Below, one piece after another: positions 37,620-46,134 of a stretch of 64,000 nt of DNA; position 1 is the stretch's first letter; each line of letters begins with the position of its first letter. The translations under genes were made by a program, and so were the position numbers. The stretch is from Clostridia bacterium (lineage in GTDB: Bacteria; Bacillota; Clostridia; CAKSNL01; HGM11501): contig JAZQAZ010000008.1 of assembly GCA_045545475.1 (NCBI GenBank), positions 64,001-128,000 on the forward strand, read 5' to 3'. Under the pieces are notes generated by a model. It worked only from the letters and a program-made list of their open reading frames with translations. It made no database searches and was not told where the DNA came from.

Positions 37620-38531
37620 ATGCAGATAAAAGGCAAAATAAACAGAATTGTAAGATTAAGAATCAATTCGGATGGAGATGGAGTCAGAAGTGTTGTCTTT
37701 TTACAGAATTGTCCATTAAGTTGTTTATGGTGTTGTAATCCAGAAACAAGATTTGGAAAGAAATTCTATGAAAAAGACACAGACGAATTGTACGAATTGG
37801 TTAAGAGGGACATACCATACTTTGATTATTCGGAGGGCGGAGTTACCTTTACTGGTGGCGAACCATTGCTGCAATCTGATTACATTATTGAATTTGCAGA
37901 AAAACATTCAGACATTGGAAATATCGATATAGAAACATCATTATATGCAGACACAGAAATTGTTACTAAAATCACACCATACATAAATGAGTGGATTATA
38001 GATTATAAATGTCATGACGAGAAATCCATATTGAATACACAGGTGTCTCAAATGATGTTATAAAAAAGAATCTTAGATGGCTTGCAAATAGTATTGATAA
38101 GAAAAAGATACATATTGCTTTTCCCATAATTCCCGGAAAAAATGATTCGGGTGATAATATTAATAAAATGATTTCTTTTATGAAAGAAGTTGGCTTGACT
38201 TCTGTTTATTTACATCCATACCGAAAAAAAATCGGAAAGTAAATACAAAAAACTAAATTTGGAATTTGAAGATATACCTTCAGTGCCAACAGAAAGATTT
38301 TTCGAAATACAAAACATGTTCGAGAAAAATGGAATTTCAACAAGCAAAAAGACGGTTTATTTCGAAAAGGAAAAGTGCAGATTTCTAAAGGATACAAGGA
38401 AAAAAATATGTGCTGATAGGAATATTGATATATTTTTTGAGGAATGTAAATATGAGGGGGTATGCCCGGGTATTTGTCCGAAGTGTGAAAGTGAATTGGA
38501 TAAAATTAATGAAGAATACGGGAAAAAGTGA
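37620..38531 (+). pseudogene. Glycyl-radical-activase-like radical SAM protein with Cys-rich C-terminal domain, split by two compensating frameshifts
   Basis: DGDGVRSVVFLQNCPLSCLWCCNPE, GGVTFTGGEPLLQ; the -1 frame from ~38027 reads HIEYTGVSN...PIIPGKND...LHPY; a +1 shift at the A8 run 38224-38231 restores the frame into the C..LK..RKKIC...ECKYEGVCPGICPKCESEL tail. Confidence 0.75.
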
Positions 38532-38617
38532 GATGGCATTACGCCTTAGATTGACAATTTAGAGAATGCTAAGATAGAAGTTAATGCATAATTGTTAATA
38601 AGCGTTTTTGAAGTTGA

Positions 38618-38813
38618 TACATTAAAATAGACATTAAATCATTCGTATGGATATGATGCATATGATTTTATGGTAACGAATATGATGGGGGGAAAATATG
38701 GATAGCGAGATTTTGAATATATTAAGCAAGGCATACAAACAGTATGGAAGAGAGGTATTCTGTAATCCGTCAAAATTAAATGTGTATTTACGTGATTTGC
38801 TGGCAGAATATCC
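38618..38813 (+). repeat. ~196-bp direct repeat copy 1 (5' UTR plus first ~38 codons); copy 2 at 39704-39900
   Basis: TACATTAAAATAGACATTAAATCATTCGTATGG...GCAGAATATCC, nearly identical in both copies. Confidence 0.95.
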
Positions 38814-39645
38814 TGTCGAGAGGCGACGTATGTCAGTTGCTGTTTCGGAAGGATTAGTAAAGAAAATGATCGAAGCTGCTGATCGAAATGAATTTTTCAA
38901 TCAATATTTATATGTGGATGTATTGCATAGTTCGTACGGTATGGACAAGATACTGGCTGAGGAAGTTGTGAATATTTTTAGTACAGTGATATTTGTTACA
39001 TCGGCAACGTTTGATAAGATGGAAGTTGAGTTGGTGAAAACAAAAGCAGATGAAGAGAAGGTTTGTGACACAGAAACTAAAAAGCAAATTGCACAGGCAG
39101 ATATGTTATTTGAAAAAGGATTAAAAGAAGATGCGTATAAGCGATACTTGAATATTGCAGAAAAAGACAAAGCACCTGCTGCAATGTGGAGAGTCGCAAA
39201 ATGTCTGCTGCATGGATGGGGAGTTGATGCAGACGAAATTAAGGCAAAGCAATTTTTTATTGAAGCAAGCAATTACAACTACATTGATGCGGTTTATTAT
39301 GTTGCAACAAGTATATATACGGATGACGCTAAAAGATCATTTGACATGTTAAAAAAACTGGCTGATGAACATGCTCACCCCGGAGCTTATTACTCATTAG
39401 GTCGCTTATATGCAAATGGAAAAGGATGCAAACAGGATTATAATGCGGCTTTTGAGATGACAAGAATTGCAGCTGAGAAAAATCATTATTTTGCTATGAA
39501 CATTTTGTCTTCTATGTACTTTGCCGGAGAAGGCGTTAAGCAATCAGATGAAAAAGCAAAAGAGTGGCAGAAAAAGAGTGAATTGGTTCCGCGTACTACA
39601 GAAAAGATTTTCTTGGAAAAGATAAAGAAGGAATCAAGCTTATAG
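38698..39645 (+). CDS. Shared N-terminal domain plus Sel1-like (TPR) repeat protein
   Basis: AMWRVAKCLLHGWGVDAD, AYYSLGRLYANGKGCKQDY, AMNILSSMYFAGEGVKQS Sel1 repeats. Confidence 0.85.
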   Translation: MDSEILNILSKAYKQYGREVFCNPSKLNVYLRDLLAEYPVERRRMSVAVSEGLVKKMIEAADRNEFFNQYLYVDVLHSSYGMDKILAEEVVNIFSTVIFVTSATFDKMEVELVKTKADEEKVCDTETKKQIAQADMLFEKGLKEDAYKRYLNIAEKDKAPAAMWRVAKCLLHGWGVDADEIKAKQFFIEASNYNYIDAVYYVATSIYTDDAKRSFDMLKKLADEHAHPGAYYSLGRLYANGKGCKQDYNAAFEMTRIAAEKNHYFAMNILSSMYFAGEGVKQSDEKAKEWQKKSELVPRTTEKIFLEKIKKESSL

Positions 39646-39703
39646 AACAATCTTTTAATGGAGTTAATATTGTCGGTAATTTTGATGCAACAATATTTAT
39701 ATG

Positions 39704-39900
39704 TACATTAAAATAGACATTAAATCATTCGTATGGATATGATGCATATGATTTTATAGTAACGAATATGATGGGGGTAAAAATATGGATAGCGAGATTT
39801 TGAATATATTAAGCAAGGCATACAAACAGTATGGAAGAGCGGTATTCTGTAATCCGTCAAAATTAAATGTGTATTTATACGATTTGCTGGCAGAATATCC
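39704..39900 (+). repeat. ~196-bp direct repeat copy 2
   Basis: Matches 38618-38813 with a few substitutions and one indel. Confidence 0.95.
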
Positions 39901-40849
39901 GAATGAAAGGAAAAAATTATCCATAGCAGTTACAGAAAACTACTTTGCAAAAATGCTGGAAATACAGGATGAAGGAAATATAGTCCCGTTACCAATGTAT
40001 GTTGAACAGCTTGTGTCATCATATGGTATGAACAATGAAAATGCAACTCTAGTTGTTAACACAATATATGAAATAATAAAAGCTGCTAAATCGAAAGAAC
40101 TGGCTAGAGAAGAATATAAATTAAAGGATGAAAAAATCGGACAGGAATTGAACTTAAAGTTTGATTCTGTATTTGAAGTCGAATCCATATTAAAAAAATA
40201 CAGTGGGAATGAGCCTGTACTCAATATTCCTGAAGGAATAACAAAAATTGATGAGTCTGTTTGTAAAGAAAATGAAAAAATAGAAAAGATCTTATTTCCA
40301 AAAAGTATTAAACATTTAGGAGATTCTGTTTTTGAAGCATGTTTAAACCTTAAAGATGTTTCTTTCTCCGATGGATTGGTGACTTTGGGAAATAAATGTT
40401 TTAAGAATTGCAAGTCGATTGAAGAAGTCGTTCTACCGAACACGGTAACAAAAATTTCAGCAGAAGCGTTTAGAAACTGCACCGGACTAAAGAAATTCCG
40501 TATCCCGAAAGCTGTAGAAATAATCGAAAAACTTGCTTTTACAGGGTGCGATAACCTAAAAGAATTTATTGTAGATGATGCTAATCCGTTTTTGCGATCA
40601 GATGGACATGCGATATATACTAAAGATATGAAAACGCTTATTTGCTTTGCACCCGGATCCGATAAAGAGTACTATAAAATTCCGGATACAGTTACATATT
40701 TAAATGATAATGCTTTTTCAGGATGTATGAATTTAAGAGTCGTTGATGTTCCGGCAGGTGCGAAAAAAGGAAGTTACTGTTTTAGCGGTTGTGAAAATTT
40801 GCGTAAGGAAGAACAACGCTTTGCTACAAATATTAGAGATTTTTTATAA
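39785..40849 (+). CDS. Shared N-terminal domain plus BspA-type leucine-rich repeat (LRR_5) protein
   Basis: IPEGITKI, LPNTVTKISAEAFRNCTGL, IPDTVTYLNDNAFSGC repeats; no signal peptide. Confidence 0.85.
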   Translation: MDSEILNILSKAYKQYGRAVFCNPSKLNVYLYDLLAEYPNERKKLSIAVTENYFAKMLEIQDEGNIVPLPMYVEQLVSSYGMNNENATLVVNTIYEIIKAAKSKELAREEYKLKDEKIGQELNLKFDSVFEVESILKKYSGNEPVLNIPEGITKIDESVCKENEKIEKILFPKSIKHLGDSVFEACLNLKDVSFSDGLVTLGNKCFKNCKSIEEVVLPNTVTKISAEAFRNCTGLKKFRIPKAVEIIEKLAFTGCDNLKEFIVDDANPFLRSDGHAIYTKDMKTLICFAPGSDKEYYKIPDTVTYLNDNAFSGCMNLRVVDVPAGAKKGSYCFSGCENLRKEEQRFATNIRDFL

Positions 40850-40860
40850 TAAGAGAATGA

Positions 40861-41148
40861 ATTGAGGGACAGGATGCACCATTAATATTGTACATGGTTG
40901 TCCGTTCGGATATATGTATGGATCTTGACCCAAGCGGAGAAACTCTTGAAAAAATGGAGTACATAAACAAAATATTCAGTGAGCTTTCCGAAGAAAACGA
41001 AAACATTTCTCTTTTCGACGCTCGCAAAATTCCGTGGTTTGATTCCGATGTGCGGGGAAACGGAATTTTTAAGGAAGATATGGTGCACTATACTCCCGAA
41101 GCAAATCAATGGGTGGCTGAAGAATTTTTTAATAAATATAAAAAATAA
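40861..41148 (+). pseudogene. 3' fragment of a probable SGNH/GDSL-like hydrolase
   Basis: DMVHYTPEANQWVA resembles SGNH block V (DxxH); in-frame stop immediately upstream, no RBS. Confidence 0.5.
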
Positions 41149-41161
41149 AAGTGGGAAAATT

Positions 41162-41689
41162 ATGAAAAGAGTATTTGCTTTAATCGTTACCTTGGTAATA
41201 ATTTTCTCGCTTTTTGTAACGGTAAATGCATCGGGAGATAAAACCTATTATCCTTCCGATGTGGCAGAGAGCGGTGGAACGGTAACTGTTACGGACAGCG
41301 AAATCAAGGACTGGAAAATGAACGGATACATCAAATTTTCAGGCGTTGATATGACGGGGGTCAAGTCCGTTTCGGTAAACGGAAGCGTAAGACTTGAATC
41401 CGACAGAAACGGAGAAGTTTACTGCATACGTATGGACGGCCTTAAAAGTGAAATTTTAGGCTGGGTGAAGATGGATGAAACCGGAGGAGTAAAGGATTTT
41501 CAGAAAATGTGGAAGGATTTTTACGATACCGTAGCTGTTGAAGGCAGGGAAAACGAGCGTTGCCGTATGACTCATATGCCAAACACTTCTGGAAGCATAT
41601 GCCGGAGTTTGAGTGATAGAAGTTACGAAAATCAAACCATTTTTGCGATAATAATACTTGTATATTTTAAGGCTATGTTGTATAATTGA
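41162..41689 (+). pseudogene. Chimeric remnant: N-terminus of a third glycoside hydrolase paralog fused to the duplicated DUF4130 3' end
   Basis: MKRVFALIVTLVIIFSLFVTVNASGDKTYYPSD parallels the 43390 start; at 41491 it switches to KDFQKMWKDFYDTVAVEGRENERCRMTHMP from the 36038 gene. Confidence 0.85.
41491..41597 (+). repeat. Direct repeat copy 2 of the DUF4130 3' end
   Basis: Matches 36652-36759 with a few substitutions and a 1-nt deletion. Confidence 0.95.
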
Positions 41690-41727
41690 AACTGTGGGAA
41701 TTTGCATTGATAAGAGGAGTTTTTCAG

Positions 41728-43377
41728 ATGATTTTACCAAGAGTGAAAATGCGTAAAGATAAAGAAGGCGTGTTTCAAAACATAATCAGATATTACGGAA
41801 AAAGTGAATTTTCTGAAAATGCAATAAATTTGATTAAACATTTTTCTCCCGATATAAAATGCGAAAAAGACAGTAATCCGAATTTCTTTTTAACGAAAGA
41901 TAATTTCGAAGTAAAAGGAACATATAAGCTGACAGTTTCAGAATCGGAGATATGTATTTGCTACAGCGATTATGAAGGCGTGCGAAATGCTATATCCACA
42001 CTTGTGCAATTGAGAGTGGATGACGGGATTAAATGCGTTGAAATTTTCGACGAGCCGGACAATACATTTCGCTCTTGTATGCTTGATCTTGCAAGGGGAT
42101 ATGTGGAAATTGATGTATTGAAAGAACACATCATCCGAATGGCAATGCTTAAATTCAGCCACATACATCTGCATTTGATGGACAGACAATCTTATGTTTT
42201 GGAATCAGACGTTGTACCTAATCCCGATAAACACAGATTGTATACAAAAAATGAAATGGCTGAACTTATTGCCTTTTGCAAAAATCTTTCCCTTGAAGTC
42301 ATTCCGGAAATTGAAATTCCTGCACATGCGGTTAATCAGATAAAAGCTTTGCCCGAACTGGGATGCGATATAATAGATAAAAAGAAAGCAATAGATGCAA
42401 TTAAAAATCTTGATAATCCGAGAAAGAGGGAGTTTACAGACAACAAAAAAGGTGTAAGTTCTTGGGTTGTTTGTGCGGGAAAAGAAACAACTTATGTTAT
42501 ATTTGAAGAAATCATAAAAGAAGTTTTGGAAATCTTTGACGGACCCTACATACATATAGGAGGGGACGAACTGGAATTTACCTATCTTGGGGCACACCCT
42601 CATTGGGATAATTGTAGTTATTGCACTAAAAAAATGGAGGAAGAAAATATATCCGACTTAAGGGGTTTATATTATTATGTTATAAGAAGAGTATATGACA
42701 CAGTGAAATCTTTCGGCAGAAAGATGATTATGTGGAACGATCAGATTGATGTATTTAATCCTATTGATATTCCAAAAGATATTATCATAGAGTTTTGGAA
42801 CGGCAATGTGATAACAAAGGAAAGAGGAACTTATCAGAAACTTCTTGAACAAGGGTTCGAAACAATAAATGCAGAATGTCACTATTGCTATGTGGATTTT
42901 CCGCAATATATGAGAGAAGAAAAAATTACCCGTTGGAACACCCATAAAGAGTATGTCGGAGACAGTAAGCTTGACGGAAAAATCATTGGAGGAGAGATGT
43001 GTGCATGGGAACTCGGAAACCCATTGTATTCGTTTTATCCGTATAGCTTGCCGGTTTGTATGACTCTTTTTGCTGACAGGGTTTGGAATAACGATATATT
43101 CATCTACGATGATGAATATAAAAAGTCCGCCTTTTCTGTTATGGTCGGAGTTTATGACAGGAATACAAATCCTTTTTCGTTTTTCAAGGAATTTATTCCG
43201 CCTCGTGACAGAAATAAAAATATGCTTGAAGATATTGAACTTGATAGCATTTCTTTGGATGAATTAAGTGGCGAACTTTCCAAGATGAAAAAGATAAAAG
43301 CCCAAAGTGTATATGGAAAAAATGCACTTGATGCTTATATCGGATGTCTTGAAGATATAGAAAATATATTAAAATAA
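41728..43377 (+). CDS. Family 20 glycoside hydrolase (beta-N-acetylhexosaminidase-like)
   Basis: RSCMLDLARG, HLHLMD, IPEIEIPAH, HIGGDE catalytic motif, GGEMCAW; ATG at 41728 after AGGAG. Confidence 0.88.
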   Translation: MILPRVKMRKDKEGVFQNIIRYYGKSEFSENAINLIKHFSPDIKCEKDSNPNFFLTKDNFEVKGTYKLTVSESEICICYSDYEGVRNAISTLVQLRVDDGIKCVEIFDEPDNTFRSCMLDLARGYVEIDVLKEHIIRMAMLKFSHIHLHLMDRQSYVLESDVVPNPDKHRLYTKNEMAELIAFCKNLSLEVIPEIEIPAHAVNQIKALPELGCDIIDKKKAIDAIKNLDNPRKREFTDNKKGVSSWVVCAGKETTYVIFEEIIKEVLEIFDGPYIHIGGDELEFTYLGAHPHWDNCSYCTKKMEEENISDLRGLYYYVIRRVYDTVKSFGRKMIMWNDQIDVFNPIDIPKDIIIEFWNGNVITKERGTYQKLLEQGFETINAECHYCYVDFPQYMREEKITRWNTHKEYVGDSKLDGKIIGGEMCAWELGNPLYSFYPYSLPVCMTLFADRVWNNDIFIYDDEYKKSAFSVMVGVYDRNTNPFSFFKEFIPPRDRNKNMLEDIELDSISLDELSGELSKMKKIKAQSVYGKNALDAYIGCLEDIENILK

Positions 43378-43389
43378 AGGGGGAAAATT

Positions 43390-46119
43390 ATGAAAAGAGT
43401 ATTTGCTTTAATCATTACTTTAGTAATGACGTTCTCGCTTTTCGTAACAGCAAACGCATCGGGAGAGAAAATATATTATCCTTCCGATATCAAAAATGCA
43501 AGTCAGGGCGTAAGCATAACCGCAACTGAAATCAAAAACTGGCATATGCAAAAGTATGTAGTTATCGAGGATATTGATATGACAGGCATCAATTCTATAT
43601 CGGTAACAGGTACTGCAAGAATGACCAGCAGCCGAAACGGTGAGGCTTATTGCTTCCGCCTGGACAGTGAAAAGGGTGAAATTCTCGGTTGGGTTTTAAT
43701 GAACGAATCTGGAGTGGAAAAGAAATATGTCAACAACCTTGAATATACTGTGTCGGGGGTGCACGATATCTATGTGGTTGCAAACTTTGATACCGACGGA
43801 TATACAAGTGTTAAAAGCATAGGCTTTTCTAATGAAGTGCTTGATATAGAAGAGTATGTACCTGTTCCCGACAGTGCAATAATTGATAACTGGCACGATA
43901 CCTGGGTTGCAACCGACGATATGGGTAACATCATAGCCGATTACGAAGAAGCCGGAGCACCTGCCGGAGAAGATAAATTTATTGGTATGTTCTACTGGAA
44001 TTGGCACAGTAAAACTGTAACCAAAAAGGCGTTTATTCCCTGGAAAATAGTTGAAAAGTATCCCGAGGCAAAGTATGACTTCAATCATTTTGCCTGGGAA
44101 ACCGATGCGAGATTTACCTGGGACGAGCCTCTTTTCGGCCATTATGACAATACGGATTACTGGGTATACCGCCGTCAGGCAGTATTGATGGCAAACGCCG
44201 ATGTTGACGTGGTATTTTTCGATTACACCAACGGTCACAACTCCTGGCACGAGGGACTTAATGTTCAGCTTGAAGCGTGGCGTGATGCAAGAGAATCCGG
44301 TGTTGATGCTCCGAAAATAAGCGCTCTTTGTTCATGGAAGGAAAATCAGGCAAACTCCGTTAAGTTCTTGTATCTTAATGTGTTCAGAGACAGTAAGTAT
44401 ACAGACCTCTGGTTCTACTGGGATGGAAAGCCCCTTCTTATGTCAGGTGCACATAAATCATCTCAGAAATATCACGACCGTACAGACAAGGAATTTAATG
44501 CATTCCTTGACGAGATGTATGACTTCTTCACCTTCCGTACAAGCGGAGGAAGAAACGGTCAGACCGGTGAAGACCAGTTTATATGGCTGGAGTGCTATCC
44601 ACAGCACCGCTTCGGAAGCTATAAAGACGGCAGAACCGAATTTATGTCACTTGGTCTTGCTATAAACGAATCCTATGTATGGGGACCCACCATAACCGGA
44701 GTATTTTCCGATGAATACACCAAGGGCAGAAGCTATACCGAAGCCTTCGGTGAAGACTGGAGAGAGGGTACATACAGAGAAAACTACTTTTTCCACGAGC
44801 AGGCATCCCGCGTGCTTGATGAAAATCCTGCATTTGTCTTCGTTGACGGATGGAACGAATGGACAGCAGGCAGACAGGGACTTTATTCAGGCGTTGAAAA
44901 CTGCTTTGTAGATACCTATGACTATGAAGGAAGCAGAGACATCGAGCCTGCAAAAGGACCTTTAGGAGACGATTCATATAATGCCTTTGTTGACTTCGTA
45001 AGAAAATACAGAGGTGTTCGTCCTGCACCCATTGCAAGCGAAACAAAGACCATAGATATAAACGGAGACAGAAGTCAGTGGGATAGCGTCGGCCCGGAAT
45101 TTATAAACGACTTTGACGATTACGAGAGAGATTCCTACGGCTACTGCGATCCTGAGACAAAGCAGAAATATCATTACACCACAACTGTTATAAATTCAAT
45201 TTCAAGGGCAAAGGTTGCAAGGGACGACGATAATTATTATTTCTATGTAAAAGCCACAAGAGACATTGAAATTAGCGATAATAACTGGCTTTCGATTTAC
45301 ATAAATACGGATAGAAACCACGCTACAGGCTTTAAGGGCTATGACTTTGTTATAAACAGAAAAGCACCGGGTGCGGTTGAAAAAATTGCAGATGGTGCTT
45401 GGAGCTTTACCGATGCAGGAACAGCCCGGTATACAGTTTCCGGAGATGTATTACAGATTGAAGTTCCGAGAAGCTTAATCGGAGAAACAGGTGTAACCGA
45501 TTTTGAATTCAAAGTTGTTGACGGCTTTGATCCTGCAGGAAATATCCTTAATTTCTATACAGAGGGAAGCGTTGCTCCCATGGGAAGATTTAACTATCTT
45601 TATACAGAAATTAAGCAGACAACAACTACTAAAGAAGAACGTGACGAGCTTTACGGCACAACAATATTCAAAAAGGATTCCAATCGTATGATGGTTTCCG
45701 GCGGAAAGATGTATGTTTATCAGCCTGATACAAGAATAACAACTGTATCAGAAAACGGAACTCTCTATGTTCCCGTAAATGCTATGGAAGACGTACTTGG
45801 CTACGGTGAATCAAAGTTCTGGTACGATAATTACGAAAACATCCTTCATCTTGAAAACCACGATCTTGATGAAAACGACGAAATTTCAGATTACATCTGG
45901 ACATACACCGTGCTTGGAACAAACGAAGCGAGAGTTAACGGAAGAGTAACTGCTTTGTCAAATCCGGTAAAGGTTATAAACGGAGTTATTATGGTTCCCG
46001 TAACATATCTTTCCGAGTGCTTCGGAGTAGATATATATGACTCGGGAGACGGATATATTTCCGTTGGCAGATACGGAGTCCCCAAAGCTTCGGTTGACAA
46101 AGTTAAAGGACTTATATAA
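43390..46119 (+). CDS. Secreted multidomain glycoside hydrolase (CBM6-like, GH99/GH71-like barrel, stalk domain), paralog of 17250
   Basis: Signal peptide; DTWVATD, WDEPLFGHY, DGWNEW, SRDIEP, RKYRGVRPAP shared with 17250. Confidence 0.65.
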   Translation: MKRVFALIITLVMTFSLFVTANASGEKIYYPSDIKNASQGVSITATEIKNWHMQKYVVIEDIDMTGINSISVTGTARMTSSRNGEAYCFRLDSEKGEILGWVLMNESGVEKKYVNNLEYTVSGVHDIYVVANFDTDGYTSVKSIGFSNEVLDIEEYVPVPDSAIIDNWHDTWVATDDMGNIIADYEEAGAPAGEDKFIGMFYWNWHSKTVTKKAFIPWKIVEKYPEAKYDFNHFAWETDARFTWDEPLFGHYDNTDYWVYRRQAVLMANADVDVVFFDYTNGHNSWHEGLNVQLEAWRDARESGVDAPKISALCSWKENQANSVKFLYLNVFRDSKYTDLWFYWDGKPLLMSGAHKSSQKYHDRTDKEFNAFLDEMYDFFTFRTSGGRNGQTGEDQFIWLECYPQHRFGSYKDGRTEFMSLGLAINESYVWGPTITGVFSDEYTKGRSYTEAFGEDWREGTYRENYFFHEQASRVLDENPAFVFVDGWNEWTAGRQGLYSGVENCFVDTYDYEGSRDIEPAKGPLGDDSYNAFVDFVRKYRGVRPAPIASETKTIDINGDRSQWDSVGPEFINDFDDYERDSYGYCDPETKQKYHYTTTVINSISRAKVARDDDNYYFYVKATRDIEISDNNWLSIYINTDRNHATGFKGYDFVINRKAPGAVEKIADGAWSFTDAGTARYTVSGDVLQIEVPRSLIGETGVTDFEFKVVDGFDPAGNILNFYTEGSVAPMGRFNYLYTEIKQTTTTKEERDELYGTTIFKKDSNRMMVSGGKMYVYQPDTRITTVSENGTLYVPVNAMEDVLGYGESKFWYDNYENILHLENHDLDENDEISDYIWTYTVLGTNEARVNGRVTALSNPVKVINGVIMVPVTYLSECFGVDIYDSGDGYISVGRYGVPKASVDKVKGLI

Positions 46120-46134
46120 GGAGGGACTGATGAT

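Noticed and set aside
38618-40849. Diversity-generating retroelement or CRISPR explanation for the direct repeats
   Set aside because: No reverse transcriptase or cas genes; differences are not adenine-specific; repeats lie at gene 5' ends and are not regularly spaced
40979-41689. 236-aa ORF as a real intact protein
   Set aside because: It is a chimera of an out-of-frame upstream fragment, a GH N-terminus and the DUF4130 tail
36790-41690. Integron cassette array (GTT-containing motifs such as ATAGAAGTTA near gene ends)
   Set aside because: No consistent RYYYAAC...GTTRRRY attC hairpins and no integrase in the window
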